DNA from: Pseudomonas phage BRkr
Sequence record: LC765218.1
Length of the DNA stretch: 64,000 nucleotides
Reading direction: 5' to 3' (one strand)
The notes beneath the pieces were generated by a model. It saw only the letters and a list, made by a program, of their open reading frames with translations. It searched no databases and was not told where the DNA came from. Of the stretch, positions 1 through 8,796 are shown one piece after another (within the stretch, counting starts at the first letter, position 1; the number at the start of each line of letters is the position of its first letter). The position numbers and the translations under genes are program-made.

Positions 1-78
1 GATAGTGCCCATGAGTTAATTTATAACACTCTCCAATTTATCGTTCATCGATCGTTTGAAAAGACAGTCGTAGATCGG

Positions 79-330
79 GTGTCTAAACTTCCACGTCAAG
101 CGTGGAATGATAGCGTGCATAATAACCTAGAGTTCTACAGTTCTCCTATCGACAAAGATATACTGTGGATCCGTCACACTGCCGCCAGATGGCGTCAATG
201 GCCCGTAGAGGTCAATCTTTCAGAAAAGACCGTGACGTTTGATTACTCTACTGAAGAACCTATCCCTACCCGTGCTGGTATCATGCTAGCAATTGAAGCG
301 ATGGAGAAAGTTAATGCAAAGTCCAAATGA
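79..330 (+). CDS. hypothetical protein (GTG start)
   Basis: 83-aa ORF in the + strand gene run; no motif recognised; start codon is GTG, which is less certain. Confidence 0.35.
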   Translation: MSKLPRQAWNDSVHNNLEFYSSPIDKDILWIRHTAARWRQWPVEVNLSEKTVTFDYSTEEPIPTRAGIMLAIEAMEKVNAKSK

Positions 331-592
331 GCAACTCAAAGAAATGATCCGAGAATGGATCGAACTTGAACTCGATGAAACCTGCGTAGCTGGTGATAGC
401 TATACTCGTCTTGCTGTCAAAAAGAAGGGTAATGTAATTACCTTTTCTAGTCGTAGTCGCGGACATACAAAGGAATATCTCACCGCCACTTTGACGGGCG
501 ATGAAATTGAACTCTCGTCTACGCAAGGTGAAGTCCGCCAGTGGATCAGTACGGCACAGTTTTGTATTGGAAAGACACTCCAAAACTACTGA
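293..592 (+). CDS. hypothetical protein
   Basis: 99-aa ORF overlapping the previous gene end out of frame; no motif. Confidence 0.35.
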   Translation: MKRWRKLMQSPNEQLKEMIREWIELELDETCVAGDSYTRLAVKKKGNVITFSSRSRGHTKEYLTATLTGDEIELSSTQGEVRQWISTAQFCIGKTLQNY

Positions 593-618
593 TATGTAAT
601 CACTATAGAGTACTTAGC

Positions 619-1047
619 ATGTCGCAACGTGAACACATCATCGAGATCATGAAAACTTGGGCTACTACCAATAAGTGCCCACCTGAAGAAATGGCCCTAG
701 GTCATCTCAGTGCAATGGTTATTTACAATCTGCGTAAAGAAGTGAATACCATTGATATCTTTCTGACACCTGCTCAATACAATCGCTGGATTGAAGCTGG
801 TAACGAAGAGACAGAAGACGATCAAGGTAAGTTCATTGTCTTCTATGATTTCACCCGTTTGCGCAAAATGACAAAGGAGCAACAAGGACAACTTGTTAAT
901 AGTTACGAGGTCCAAGTTCTCCATCCCCTTCACCTGAAAGAAACGTTTGAAGCCCTTGAGAAGATAGAATCGAGAGACCCTAAAGTACGAGCTAAGGATC
1001 ATCGTGCTGTACAAGATCTCGATGTATTCCTTAGACGTTATTGGTGA
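619..1047 (+). CDS. hypothetical protein
   Basis: ORF 541-1047 trimmed to the in-frame ATG at 619, just after the stop of the upstream ORF. Confidence 0.45.
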   Translation: MSQREHIIEIMKTWATTNKCPPEEMALGHLSAMVIYNLRKEVNTIDIFLTPAQYNRWIEAGNEETEDDQGKFIVFYDFTRLRKMTKEQQGQLVNSYEVQVLHPLHLKETFEALEKIESRDPKVRAKDHRAVQDLDVFLRRYW

Positions 1048-1053
1048 GATAAA

Positions 1054-1461
1054 ATGATAAGTTTGTTTGCGATATTTTTGTCTTTCTTCATCGGTCTTGG
1101 TATTTCCTTTACTATCATTGCGATAGATAAAAAGAAATATAGAGACGATAACAATAACCGTCATCCTGAACTGGAGCTACGTGTTAATCAGTTAGCTAAT
1201 TGGTTGATAACCACGGTTGTTGTATTCATAGCAAGCGTGACGGTTGGCTTCCTTAATAAGAATGTTGATAGCATGTGGATTGGTGCAGGTATTGTTACGC
1301 TTGTAGCGATAATTGCTATTATAGGTAAACTATATTCGATACATGTATTCAACTTAATGGAAGATGTAAAACAGAAATATAAGCCTGCTGCTGTTGAAGC
1401 ATACTTATTTTCTTTCTGGGTTATCTTGTTGTTGGATAAAGCTCTTTTAGTAAACATTTAG
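1054..1461 (+). CDS. small membrane protein (2-3 predicted TM helices)
   Basis: 135 aa, long hydrophobic stretches (MISLFAIFLSFFIGLGISFTIIAI...); followed by terminator 1469-1507. Confidence 0.5.
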   Translation: MISLFAIFLSFFIGLGISFTIIAIDKKKYRDDNNNRHPELELRVNQLANWLITTVVVFIASVTVGFLNKNVDSMWIGAGIVTLVAIIAIIGKLYSIHVFNLMEDVKQKYKPAAVEAYLFSFWVILLLDKALLVNI

Positions 1462-1468
1462 ATACAGG

Positions 1469-1507
1469 CCCACCCTTCGGGGTGGGTTTATTTTGTTTTT
1501 CTTTTTT
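1469..1507 (+). terminator. rho-independent terminator
   Basis: cccaccc-ttcg-gggtggg hairpin, then tttattttgtttttctttttt. Confidence 0.75.
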
Positions 1508-1528
1508 ACATTCAAACCAATTTAAAGG

Positions 1529-1537
1529 CTATATTAC
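1529..1537 (+). promoter_or_regulatory. early-promoter-like motif CTATATTAC
   Basis: ggCTATATTACaaa 34 nt upstream of ATG 1571; the same core recurs upstream of at least six other genes. Confidence 0.5.
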
Positions 1538-1570
1538 AAACGTGATAATAAACCTTAGAGGTATCACGAC

Positions 1571-1795
1571 ATGAATAGCCATGCGTACAAAACCGTAAAG
1601 GTTCTCGGTCGTGATTACCGAGTAACCAGCAATAGTAAATTTGTAACCATTCTTGATGCACGTGGTAACATGTGCTTTAACTTGAATGTAGTTGAACGTA
1701 AAGCTACACAGCCATGCGAATCTTTCCGTCGTTATTGTGCCGGTGTTGGCGTTACTCCGAAAGCAATGATCCTGTCTATTCTTAATAACGTGTAA
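1571..1795 (+). CDS. hypothetical protein
   Basis: 74 aa; preceded by CTATATTAC promoter-like motif at 1529-1537. Confidence 0.5.
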   Translation: MNSHAYKTVKVLGRDYRVTSNSKFVTILDARGNMCFNLNVVERKATQPCESFRRYCAGVGVTPKAMILSILNNV

Positions 1796-1806
1796 GGAGA
1801 TTGATT

Positions 1807-2037
1807 ATGCAAGCTTTCTTTGATAAGGTCCAAGCTGAAGCCAAACGTGTTGTCGAAACTAATCCTCAGGGCCGTTGGACTTATGGGGATTGGGATGTCT
1901 TCGTTCAGGAAGATAAAGTCATCATTAATGATAGTAATCTAGAGCTTGTTGCTGAAGCATCGGCATCGAAACCTGATTTGGTTTGCATGAAATGTGATCC
2001 TGATGACGTTCTGGAATGCTTGGAGCGTTTGTCATAA
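1807..2037 (+). CDS. hypothetical protein
   Basis: ATG at 1807 with AAGGAGA RBS 6 nt upstream; ends at bidirectional terminator. Confidence 0.5.
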   Translation: MQAFFDKVQAEAKRVVETNPQGRWTYGDWDVFVQEDKVIINDSNLELVAEASASKPDLVCMKCDPDDVLECLERLS

Positions 2038-2045
2038 TGGCATAA

Positions 2046-2090
2046 AGCCCCTACCTTCGGGTAGGGGCTATGCTTATTTTTTTTTTATTT
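2046..2090. terminator. bidirectional terminator between convergent genes (CATAAAG + hairpin + T-run)
   Basis: agcccctacc-ttcg-ggtaggggct (24 nt, identical to 12820-12843) followed by tatgcttattttttttt; ggcataaag on the left gives gctttatgcc on the other strand. Confidence 0.75.
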
Positions 2091-3002
2091 TAGATAATAC
2101 ATGGCATTACTAGCAGCGTTGACTGAACTGTTACCAGAACCACCGAAACAATACAACCGTTTTCCATCGGATACAATACTCGAATTGAATACGATATTAG
2201 CTATATTCTTGAACAATACCCATTTATTTTCATCGGGTAAATATTCGTAGATATTTTTATTCGCGTTGTTATTGATTAAGGGTGCACCAGGCATCAGGAA
2301 TATCCGACCATCCATGGTGAAGCCACTACCAACCCAAGTAGTAATTGGGAAATTACTTAGCTGTACCCACGTATTTGTGGATAAAGTATATTCCCAGAAA
2401 TCATTACGATTGCTAACGCCACCGATTAAATAGAATTTACCATTTAGATAAACACTAGCAGACGATGTTCTAGCTGGCGGACGAAGTGTTGGTTGGGTTA
2501 CAGTTTCCCAAGTGTCGGTAGCGATATTATATTTCATTAACACGTCGTTTGACGGCGTGCCACCGTAAGTATAAATAAAGCCCGACTCATAGAACATATG
2601 GAAATCGTAACGAGCCACAGGTGGGGATTTCAAAACCAGTTTTTCTTTTGTTAATGGATCAATCCTAACAAAAGTGCTATTAACAGCATTACCTGGAAAT
2701 GTAGCGCCGCCGAGGTGGTACAGATATGTTCCATCGTTAACGATACCAGAGAAATATACAGACGACGGAACAGTACTGAAGTTTTGATCATACACACCAG
2801 TGGCAAGATCATACGTCATTAACGTCGAAGTGGATACACCATTTGTTCCACCTTGCGTGCCGCCACCAGCAATATATACTTTACCATTGAGTAGGGTTGC
2901 AGATGCACCTACCCTAGTAACAGGCATGTTAGGACCCTGTACAGGGATTCCTTGCCATCCAAGATTAGTTCTGACTAATGTAGCGAGTAAAGACTCGAAC
3001 AT
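2085..3002 (-). CDS. Kelch-repeat beta-propeller protein (6 blades)
   Basis: Six repeats with the Kelch signature hydrophobic-GG ... Y ... W (LNGKVYIAGG, GTYLYHLGG, GFIYTYGG, NGKFYLIGG, DGRIFLMPG, GKRLYCFGG); start chosen at ATG 3002 (MFESLL) with AGGTG RBS, 16 nt after the upstream stop. Confidence 0.65.
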   Translation of the reverse strand: MFESLLATLVRTNLGWQGIPVQGPNMPVTRVGASATLLNGKVYIAGGGTQGGTNGVSTSTLMTYDLATGVYDQNFSTVPSSVYFSGIVNDGTYLYHLGGATFPGNAVNSTFVRIDPLTKEKLVLKSPPVARYDFHMFYESGFIYTYGGTPSNDVLMKYNIATDTWETVTQPTLRPPARTSSASVYLNGKFYLIGGVSNRNDFWEYTLSTNTWVQLSNFPITTWVGSGFTMDGRIFLMPGAPLINNNANKNIYEYLPDENKWVLFKNIANIVFNSSIVSDGKRLYCFGGSGNSSVNAASNAMYYLK

Positions 3003-3018
3003 ATAAACACCTACGCCC

Positions 3019-3831
3019 TTACGGCGCCGCCATGATAGTACGAATATGGTGTCGGTTACCTTCAGGGTCATTGAAGTTCCGGGATACCTTCCGCCACTTC
3101 TTCAGTTGCTCATCATAGAGATCGTTCGCTTCAGACCATTCGTAAACTTTGTCACGGAATACACCAAGCTCTTGACCGCCAGATAACTGAGCTTCACCCA
3201 TATTGATGTAAAGTTCATTATAACAGTAGGCTTTAACAGCATATTCAACTAGTTTAGAGAATACAGGGATAGCCTGAGGACGAATATTAAGTAACTCGTC
3301 ATCATTACCCAAGCGACACGATAAATACGCGGCATGTGAAGGCAAGTAAATAAATCTAACCATTACAGTGTTATGGTTAATCAAGTTAATGTATGCAGTC
3401 TGTGCAACAGGTAGTCTTCGCGCAGAGTCTAATACTTTACGTGATTCAGCACCAATAGTCGATTCATTATAGTGCATTGCATATCCAGAGTTCTGATAAC
3501 CTAGGATACCGAAGTGAATACTAAATACCTGGACGATGGGACGCTGTTGGGTGTATTCATCCGGGATATAGTAAATAACAGTGTACGGATCGACATATTC
3601 AGACTTAACAGGAAAGTCCAGTGGAATATAAGTTTTAGTTCCACCGATCAAGTTCATGTCTGCAAAGACACGTGGTTCTAATACCGCCTCTCGAATTCTA
3701 GTTTCAAGAGAAATGACTTCACCGCAAATAGCTGCATTAGATGCAGCTTCTTGTCCAATGAAAACAGACTCTAGAATCTGACGGGGAATTCGGAAAGGTA
3801 AATCTCGAAGTGCATATTGAATAGCATTCAT
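3019..3831 (-). CDS. hypothetical protein
   Basis: 270-aa ORF; no motif recognised. Confidence 0.55.
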   Translation of the reverse strand: MNAIQYALRDLPFRIPRQILESVFIGQEAASNAAICGEVISLETRIREAVLEPRVFADMNLIGGTKTYIPLDFPVKSEYVDPYTVIYYIPDEYTQQRPIVQVFSIHFGILGYQNSGYAMHYNESTIGAESRKVLDSARRLPVAQTAYINLINHNTVMVRFIYLPSHAAYLSCRLGNDDELLNIRPQAIPVFSKLVEYAVKAYCYNELYINMGEAQLSGGQELGVFRDKVYEWSEANDLYDEQLKKWRKVSRNFNDPEGNRHHIRTIMAAP

Positions 3832-3941
3832 GTTTAAACGCCCCTAGGAAGCTCACCAGCGAACGAACACCCATGGAGATAATACCCAGGTGGGGTATCA
3901 TATACAACGGGGGTTCTGTGACGATTTTAAAAGATTTCAAA

Positions 3942-3951
3942 TCTATATCAT
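3942..3951 (+). promoter_or_regulatory. early-promoter-like motif TCTATATCAT
   Basis: atttcaaaTCTATATCATag, identical 20-mer to 13954-13973; 30 nt upstream of ATG 3981. Confidence 0.45.
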
Positions 3952-3980
3952 AGCTCTGAGTGATTTCCGGAATACTAACT

Positions 3981-4373
3981 ATGATTCCTCAAAGACAAGT
4001 TCAACTTCATGCCTTCGAGTTGGCTGGAGTCATAAAGGCCATTACTCAACCACCCTTCATGGCTTTAGTTAAATCTAAAGCAATTGAATCGGTTGACATG
4101 GATACTACTGACTTCTCAGGACTCCTGGTAAAAGCTAAGGAACAGTTAATAGATGATTTCATCCAGAACGCAATAAATTCGTTTCAATGTTGTTTTGTAA
4201 TGGGTTACGCACCATATCGTAACACACAGGCCGAACTGGAATGGATGGCATTTCATAATGAGGCGCGTTCATTACTTTACGACACTCTCAATCTTCCAGT
4301 GGAAGCTTCCGGGATGCATGTTGGTTACAGACGTATTGGTTCTGTTATCTACTTAGCAATACCTATCAATTAA
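3981..4373 (+). CDS. hypothetical protein
   Basis: ORF 3960-4373 trimmed to ATG 3981, downstream of promoter-like motif at 3942-3951. Confidence 0.45.
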   Translation: MIPQRQVQLHAFELAGVIKAITQPPFMALVKSKAIESVDMDTTDFSGLLVKAKEQLIDDFIQNAINSFQCCFVMGYAPYRNTQAELEWMAFHNEARSLLYDTLNLPVEASGMHVGYRRIGSVIYLAIPIN

Positions 4374-4389
4374 TAAATGGAGCAATGCA

Positions 4390-5409
4390 ATGTCGTCCAA
4401 ACGGTTTGTAGTGCTTGAGATTAACCCACAGGTAGATGTCCTGTATACATATCTCGAACACTTTACCAAAAGCAATCCGCATTTGGGTCTACCGCGCCCG
4501 ACTCGTAACACCGCGATTCAACTGGTGTTCCTTACAGTCAAAGAAATCTTGACTAGTCGAAGTGCATTCGAAACAGAGATTGACTATGAGGTACATAAAG
4601 CAGGTGCCCTATTTAATTCTCCTCCAGGCAAATTAGATGAAAAACAACTGGAGGTTTATAAGATCTTTGCTAGTGATGTTATCTGGGAAGGCGTTACGAT
4701 TGAAATCGATAATCAATTGGAACACCACATTGATCGACGCACCTATACCGAATGGAAACCAGTCTGCATTGGTAACCTTATTGGGCTTGCTGAAGGTGAA
4801 GATCATAGAATCCAAGAATACTATCGCCTGACCGATCAGCATAATGATGACAGCCATGCCGAGATTGCATTGAACTGCACTTCTCTAGTGTCGTATCTGC
4901 ATGGTGAATTCATGCGTACATTTGGAGCCGTAATGCGAGATCCAAATACGTTGACCCGTGCAATTGCAATGATGGGTAAACATCGTACACCTGAACGAGT
5001 TCAGAAAGTAATTGATTTCCTGAATAATCCCAACAGGGCCATGGCAGCAGTGTTCTTGGATACACTGACAACTATGTATCCAATGATAACCCTTGATCCC
5101 ATTTGTCCTCAAGTGAACGATGATTTGTTCGCACTTGTTGGTATTGCTAACATGGAGGAATTCAAACAAAATTACGTGCGTAAAGTTATCACGGCTTTCG
5201 GCCTGAGTTACTTCTCGTCGTATGTTAAACGGGATAAGAAATACACGCTTGAATACAGTTCTAGCCACATTCTCGCCATATACGAAATGAAAGGGATCAG
5301 TCGTACGGAGAAAGAAATGATGGAGCTTGTTGCATCGTTCCTTCGTAACGATTATCTTCCCCCAGAACAACGGGCTATTGCAGAACGTTGGTATTTGGAA
5401 AATAACTAA
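4390..5409 (+). CDS. hypothetical protein
   Basis: 339 aa, GGAG RBS 7 nt upstream; ends at hairpin 5416-5431. Confidence 0.6.
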   Translation: MSSKRFVVLEINPQVDVLYTYLEHFTKSNPHLGLPRPTRNTAIQLVFLTVKEILTSRSAFETEIDYEVHKAGALFNSPPGKLDEKQLEVYKIFASDVIWEGVTIEIDNQLEHHIDRRTYTEWKPVCIGNLIGLAEGEDHRIQEYYRLTDQHNDDSHAEIALNCTSLVSYLHGEFMRTFGAVMRDPNTLTRAIAMMGKHRTPERVQKVIDFLNNPNRAMAAVFLDTLTTMYPMITLDPICPQVNDDLFALVGIANMEEFKQNYVRKVITAFGLSYFSSYVKRDKKYTLEYSSSHILAIYEMKGISRTEKEMMELVASFLRNDYLPPEQRAIAERWYLENN

Positions 5410-5415
5410 CATAGG

Positions 5416-5440
5416 GCCTCCGAAAGGAGGCTTTATGCCG
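5416..5440 (+). terminator. hairpin + CTTTATGCCG element
   Basis: gcctcc-gaaa-ggaggc then tttatgccgg; short U-tract. Confidence 0.5.
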
Positions 5441-5451
5441 GAGAGATAAAT

Positions 5452-5844
5452 GTGAAAGAACAATTATTGATAACATTCAAGGCGTCGGATTTCATCGGTA
5501 TGGTCGATGATAAATATTACGATGTAATGCGTAATATCGGACGAGAAGGTCTTGTCGATCTAATTGCCACATCTATTTGCTGGCAGCTTGACTTTGATAA
5601 TGAAGAACATATTGAGCTCTTTGAGAAATCAGTTCTTTTAATCTGCGGATACAAGAAAGAGTCAAATAAATCTAAACCCAAAGACACTCATGACAAGATA
5701 CTCATTGAGTTCGTCATGAATAGGGTTAAGGCACTGGGATATCTTATCCCAGATTGTATCCATCTTGACTACGTAAATAGAAAAGTTTACTTAGACGAGA
5801 AATCAGATACAGTCTACTTAATCGTGGGGTATTACGTTGCGTGA
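5452..5844 (+). CDS. hypothetical protein (GTG start)
   Basis: 130 aa; GGAGAG RBS; first of a chain of short overlapping genes 5452-8184. Confidence 0.5.
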   Translation: MKEQLLITFKASDFIGMVDDKYYDVMRNIGREGLVDLIATSICWQLDFDNEEHIELFEKSVLLICGYKKESNKSKPKDTHDKILIEFVMNRVKALGYLIPDCIHLDYVNRKVYLDEKSDTVYLIVGYYVA

Positions 5845-5866
5845 GACGATATTCGTGAGGCTATCC

Positions 5867-6211
5867 ATGGATGTTCTTTATGGACCTCGTAGTTGGCAAA
5901 TAGAAGCATGGGCAGATTTGGTTGGCTTCACGGTATCCGATATCAACTCATTAGCTATATTGATGGCTGAGGCTGATATAGGTCACGGAACTGATCTCGA
6001 TGACGATGCAATTATCACTGAAGTTTTTATGGATTCAGATATTGGTAAATGTATCGTTAGGACAATCCGACGACAAATAAAAGAGATAATATCATACCTT
6101 CCAACCGACACCATTGAACTTCGTTACTTAAGAACTTATGGAGATGCAGTGTATGTTATCGCCACCCGCGTCCCTAGTCTTCTCAATGGACCTGGGAATA
6201 TTCTTCCCTAA
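5867..6211 (+). CDS. hypothetical protein
   Basis: ORF 5837-6211 trimmed to first ATG (MDVLYG). Confidence 0.4.
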   Translation: MDVLYGPRSWQIEAWADLVGFTVSDINSLAILMAEADIGHGTDLDDDAIITEVFMDSDIGKCIVRTIRRQIKEIISYLPTDTIELRYLRTYGDAVYVIATRVPSLLNGPGNILP

Positions 6212-6623
6212 TTACAACGAGCTTGAAAGATTACATCGAGTGATCTACAAGAAGAAAGAGTTCAAGGGCTACGGTCCAGGAGGAGTATGGGATGACGTTA
6301 TAACTTGGGTACTTAGTGTATCTAAGGCGTTAAATGAAAATCCAGAGGTAATACCAAAGGATGTTACCATACCAAATTTTAGTTATAATGGTAAACTAGC
6401 GGAACGATATCAGGAGTTGTTTCTAGAGCACGCGATCATATTTCTGAAAGCATTACCACGAGGAATTGTTAGTATATTCCCGATAATGTTTAAAGGAACA
6501 GCTGCTAGATTTCTGCTAGAGTACTATGGGAGTAAGTGGCAACAGCATGCGATCGTTACTGGTTTTCGAATCGAAGACTTTAACCGACCAGTTGGTAAAG
6601 GAAGAAAACGCGCTTCTAGTTAA
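6186..6623 (+). CDS. hypothetical protein
   Basis: ORF 6138-6623 trimmed to ATG 6186; overlaps upstream gene end by 26 nt. Confidence 0.4.
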   Translation: MDLGIFFPNYNELERLHRVIYKKKEFKGYGPGGVWDDVITWVLSVSKALNENPEVIPKDVTIPNFSYNGKLAERYQELFLEHAIIFLKALPRGIVSIFPIMFKGTAARFLLEYYGSKWQQHAIVTGFRIEDFNRPVGKGRKRASS

Positions 6624-6978
6624 GCGTGTGCTGGCTTACTTTGCCGACTGTGTTCGGCAGTACATCGGGCACTTAAACCTACCGAGCTGGGATGGCTATT
6701 ATGAGCTCTATCTGGAGGATTCTTATTTATCTCTTATTAGTGAAGATTTTGATGGTCAGGACATCATAAAGACAATTAGCGACGATGGTGAAGCTGTCGA
6801 TTGGCGCCTCCGTTTTCGAGAATTGATGGATGTCTGTGTAAATGCCTATAAGGACGATATGGTATCTACCCTACGTTCGTTCCAGTCAAAATCAGAGATA
6901 ATTTCTACTGTGAACATAGTAGGTTATGACAAATACAAACTCTCAATAATGGTGATCTCCATGGAGGCCCCTAAATGA
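6547..6978 (+). CDS. hypothetical protein
   Basis: ORF 6526-6978; the start is uncertain (large overlap with upstream gene). Confidence 0.4.
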   Translation: MRSLLVFESKTLTDQLVKEENALLVKRVLAYFADCVRQYIGHLNLPSWDGYYELYLEDSYLSLISEDFDGQDIIKTISDDGEAVDWRLRFRELMDVCVNAYKDDMVSTLRSFQSKSEIISTVNIVGYDKYKLSIMVISMEAPK

Positions 6979-7769
6979 ATGTCCAAGAAATGCAACATGT
7001 GATACACGGTGTCTTCAATTCGGATGGCACCGTTGATCTAATTGGTGTTGCTAATAGAACCCATTACATCGCCCCAACCCAGATTCAAGAATCTGCTGGT
7101 CCCCGTACTTGCGGGATCATGATCAACTCTAAAGTGATTGATCGTCAGATTGTTCAGATGACAGATGTTGTCCGGAACAAGATGTTACAGACACATGTAC
7201 CAAAAAACGAAGACGATCATGTAGCAGAAGAAGATTCTGTTATTGCACTCATGCAAGACTGTGTTAACAAACACGTCGAATATATCCTAACTGCCCCAGC
7301 TAAGGAAAACGTAGGTTTTGTACACTACGTAGAAGAATATTTCCCGAGCATTAAGAATGATCTTATTAATGACTCTACAACTATGCTTTATCTTGAAGCT
7401 AAGTTTGCAGAGACAACGGGAATGCTCGGAGAATGTCTTCAACCAGCGATCGCTGATTTGGAAAATAATGGTTGTTTAATCGATAAGATAGAGAACTTTG
7501 CTGTTGGTCAGTACGACAGCTATTATGTTCTGGTCGGTGACAATCCTGACGCTCCATACACAGATGATCCGGCCGATGGTCCACATGTACGTGAACCTTA
7601 CAATCCTAATGACAATCCGTATCGCGAACAAGCTCGTCTTGAACGTGAACAGGAGCTACAGCTTGCAATGCTGCCGCCAGAGGATCGTGAGTCATATTTG
7701 CGTACAATTAATTCACCCCTTAGCGTAACTAAAGAACAAATCGGGTTGGGATTGAACGATGATACATGA
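6975..7769 (+). CDS. hypothetical protein
   Basis: 264 aa; ATGA start/stop overlap with the upstream gene suggests translational coupling. Confidence 0.55.
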   Translation: MNVQEMQHVIHGVFNSDGTVDLIGVANRTHYIAPTQIQESAGPRTCGIMINSKVIDRQIVQMTDVVRNKMLQTHVPKNEDDHVAEEDSVIALMQDCVNKHVEYILTAPAKENVGFVHYVEEYFPSIKNDLINDSTTMLYLEAKFAETTGMLGECLQPAIADLENNGCLIDKIENFAVGQYDSYYVLVGDNPDAPYTDDPADGPHVREPYNPNDNPYREQARLEREQELQLAMLPPEDRESYLRTINSPLSVTKEQIGLGLNDDT

Positions 7770-8184
7770 TCTTGTCATAGCTGGTACAATTGCAGGAGCT
7801 CAGTATGCAGAGAGATTCGGATTGCGGTTCTATCAGGATCGTTGGATGGACGAGCGGGATAAAAAGGAAGTAGATGATTCCCTGGAAGACGAATTAGCTG
7901 CAACTGTAGGTAAAGATATTAAGTTGCCGGTTGATCAAATCCGTAAGCGCGTTCTGTTCTATTTTCAACGAGAAGTAATGAACAATTTCGGGATACATAT
8001 TCTCGAATCAGCCGGCGCTACGGACGATCTGTTAGACGACGATGATATCAACGTGGTTGAGATGTATAAAGTCTTTAAAGAGTTTACACTGAATAACCCG
8101 TTATTAGACGTTCTGTCAATGTGGCCGATTGATATGAATGGATCGTTTGCATTCGTGGTTTCACGCAAACCTATGAGTGCTTAA
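7759..8184 (+). CDS. hypothetical protein
   Basis: 141 aa; 11-nt overlap with upstream gene. Confidence 0.5.
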   Translation: MIHDLVIAGTIAGAQYAERFGLRFYQDRWMDERDKKEVDDSLEDELAATVGKDIKLPVDQIRKRVLFYFQREVMNNFGIHILESAGATDDLLDDDDINVVEMYKVFKEFTLNNPLLDVLSMWPIDMNGSFAFVVSRKPMSA

Positions 8185-8207
8185 CAATCAGTTCAACGGA
8201 GTCAATC

Positions 8208-8615
8208 ATGCCATCCATTCGTGACGTAGCAATTGGCCAGAAAATCAGTTTTGAAGTTTATCCGTCTGCACAATACGGAAACAACTTTAAGAATGTAACA
8301 CTGGCCGCATTCCTAGACGCAAATCTTGTACGTATCCTGGGTTTCGATTTAATCGCCGCTCACCAAAACGTGTATCCGACTCTCCCAGCGGGTACACCAA
8401 ACGATCCATCGCAGTACAGTTATGTACGCGTTGAATTTGAAGGTGGGCAGCACCAGTATATTGGTATTCCATGGATTCGTGAAGGAAGCGTGGTCGTCAA
8501 CAACGGTCAGAAAGCTACCTTAGTATTCCAGAATATCGATCAACGACGTTTGGAACGAATCATCGAAGCTTGCAAGATGAATAACGAAGTTCCAGATTCA
8601 GTTGTCTTGGAATAA
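8208..8615 (+). CDS. hypothetical protein
   Basis: 135 aa; followed by hairpin 8623-8640. Confidence 0.55.
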   Translation: MPSIRDVAIGQKISFEVYPSAQYGNNFKNVTLAAFLDANLVRILGFDLIAAHQNVYPTLPAGTPNDPSQYSYVRVEFEGGQHQYIGIPWIREGSVVVNNGQKATLVFQNIDQRRLERIIEACKMNNEVPDSVVLE

Positions 8616-8622
8616 ACATAGT

Positions 8623-8650
8623 GCCCTCCACTCGGAGGGCATATATGTCG
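8623..8650 (+). terminator. hairpin + ATATATGTCG element
   Basis: gccctcc-actc-ggagggc then atatatgtcg (variant of CTTTATGTCG). Confidence 0.45.
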
Positions 8651-8717
8651 TCGCGAACTTTTACCTTGTGGCACATCAATATGTGAAAGTAATTTGATGT
8701 GCTACCGCTCAATCTTT

Positions 8718-8746
8718 GGACATCCATTGGGTGTCCTAATTTTTTT
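8718..8746 (+). terminator. rho-independent terminator
   Basis: ggacatcc-att-gggtgtcc hairpin followed by taattttttt. Confidence 0.65.
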
Positions 8747-8796
8747 CCGTTTTAGCGTAGCCATCTCTTGAAAGATCAAATTTTAAGAGAGGAAAT

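Noticed and set aside
2085-3071. GGGTQGGTNG in the 2085-3071 ORF as a possible tubulin/FtsZ (PhuZ) GGGTGSG signature
   Set aside because: The motif is a Kelch-repeat GG doublet. The whole protein is six Kelch blades, with no tubulin N-terminal GxGxxG or T7 loop.
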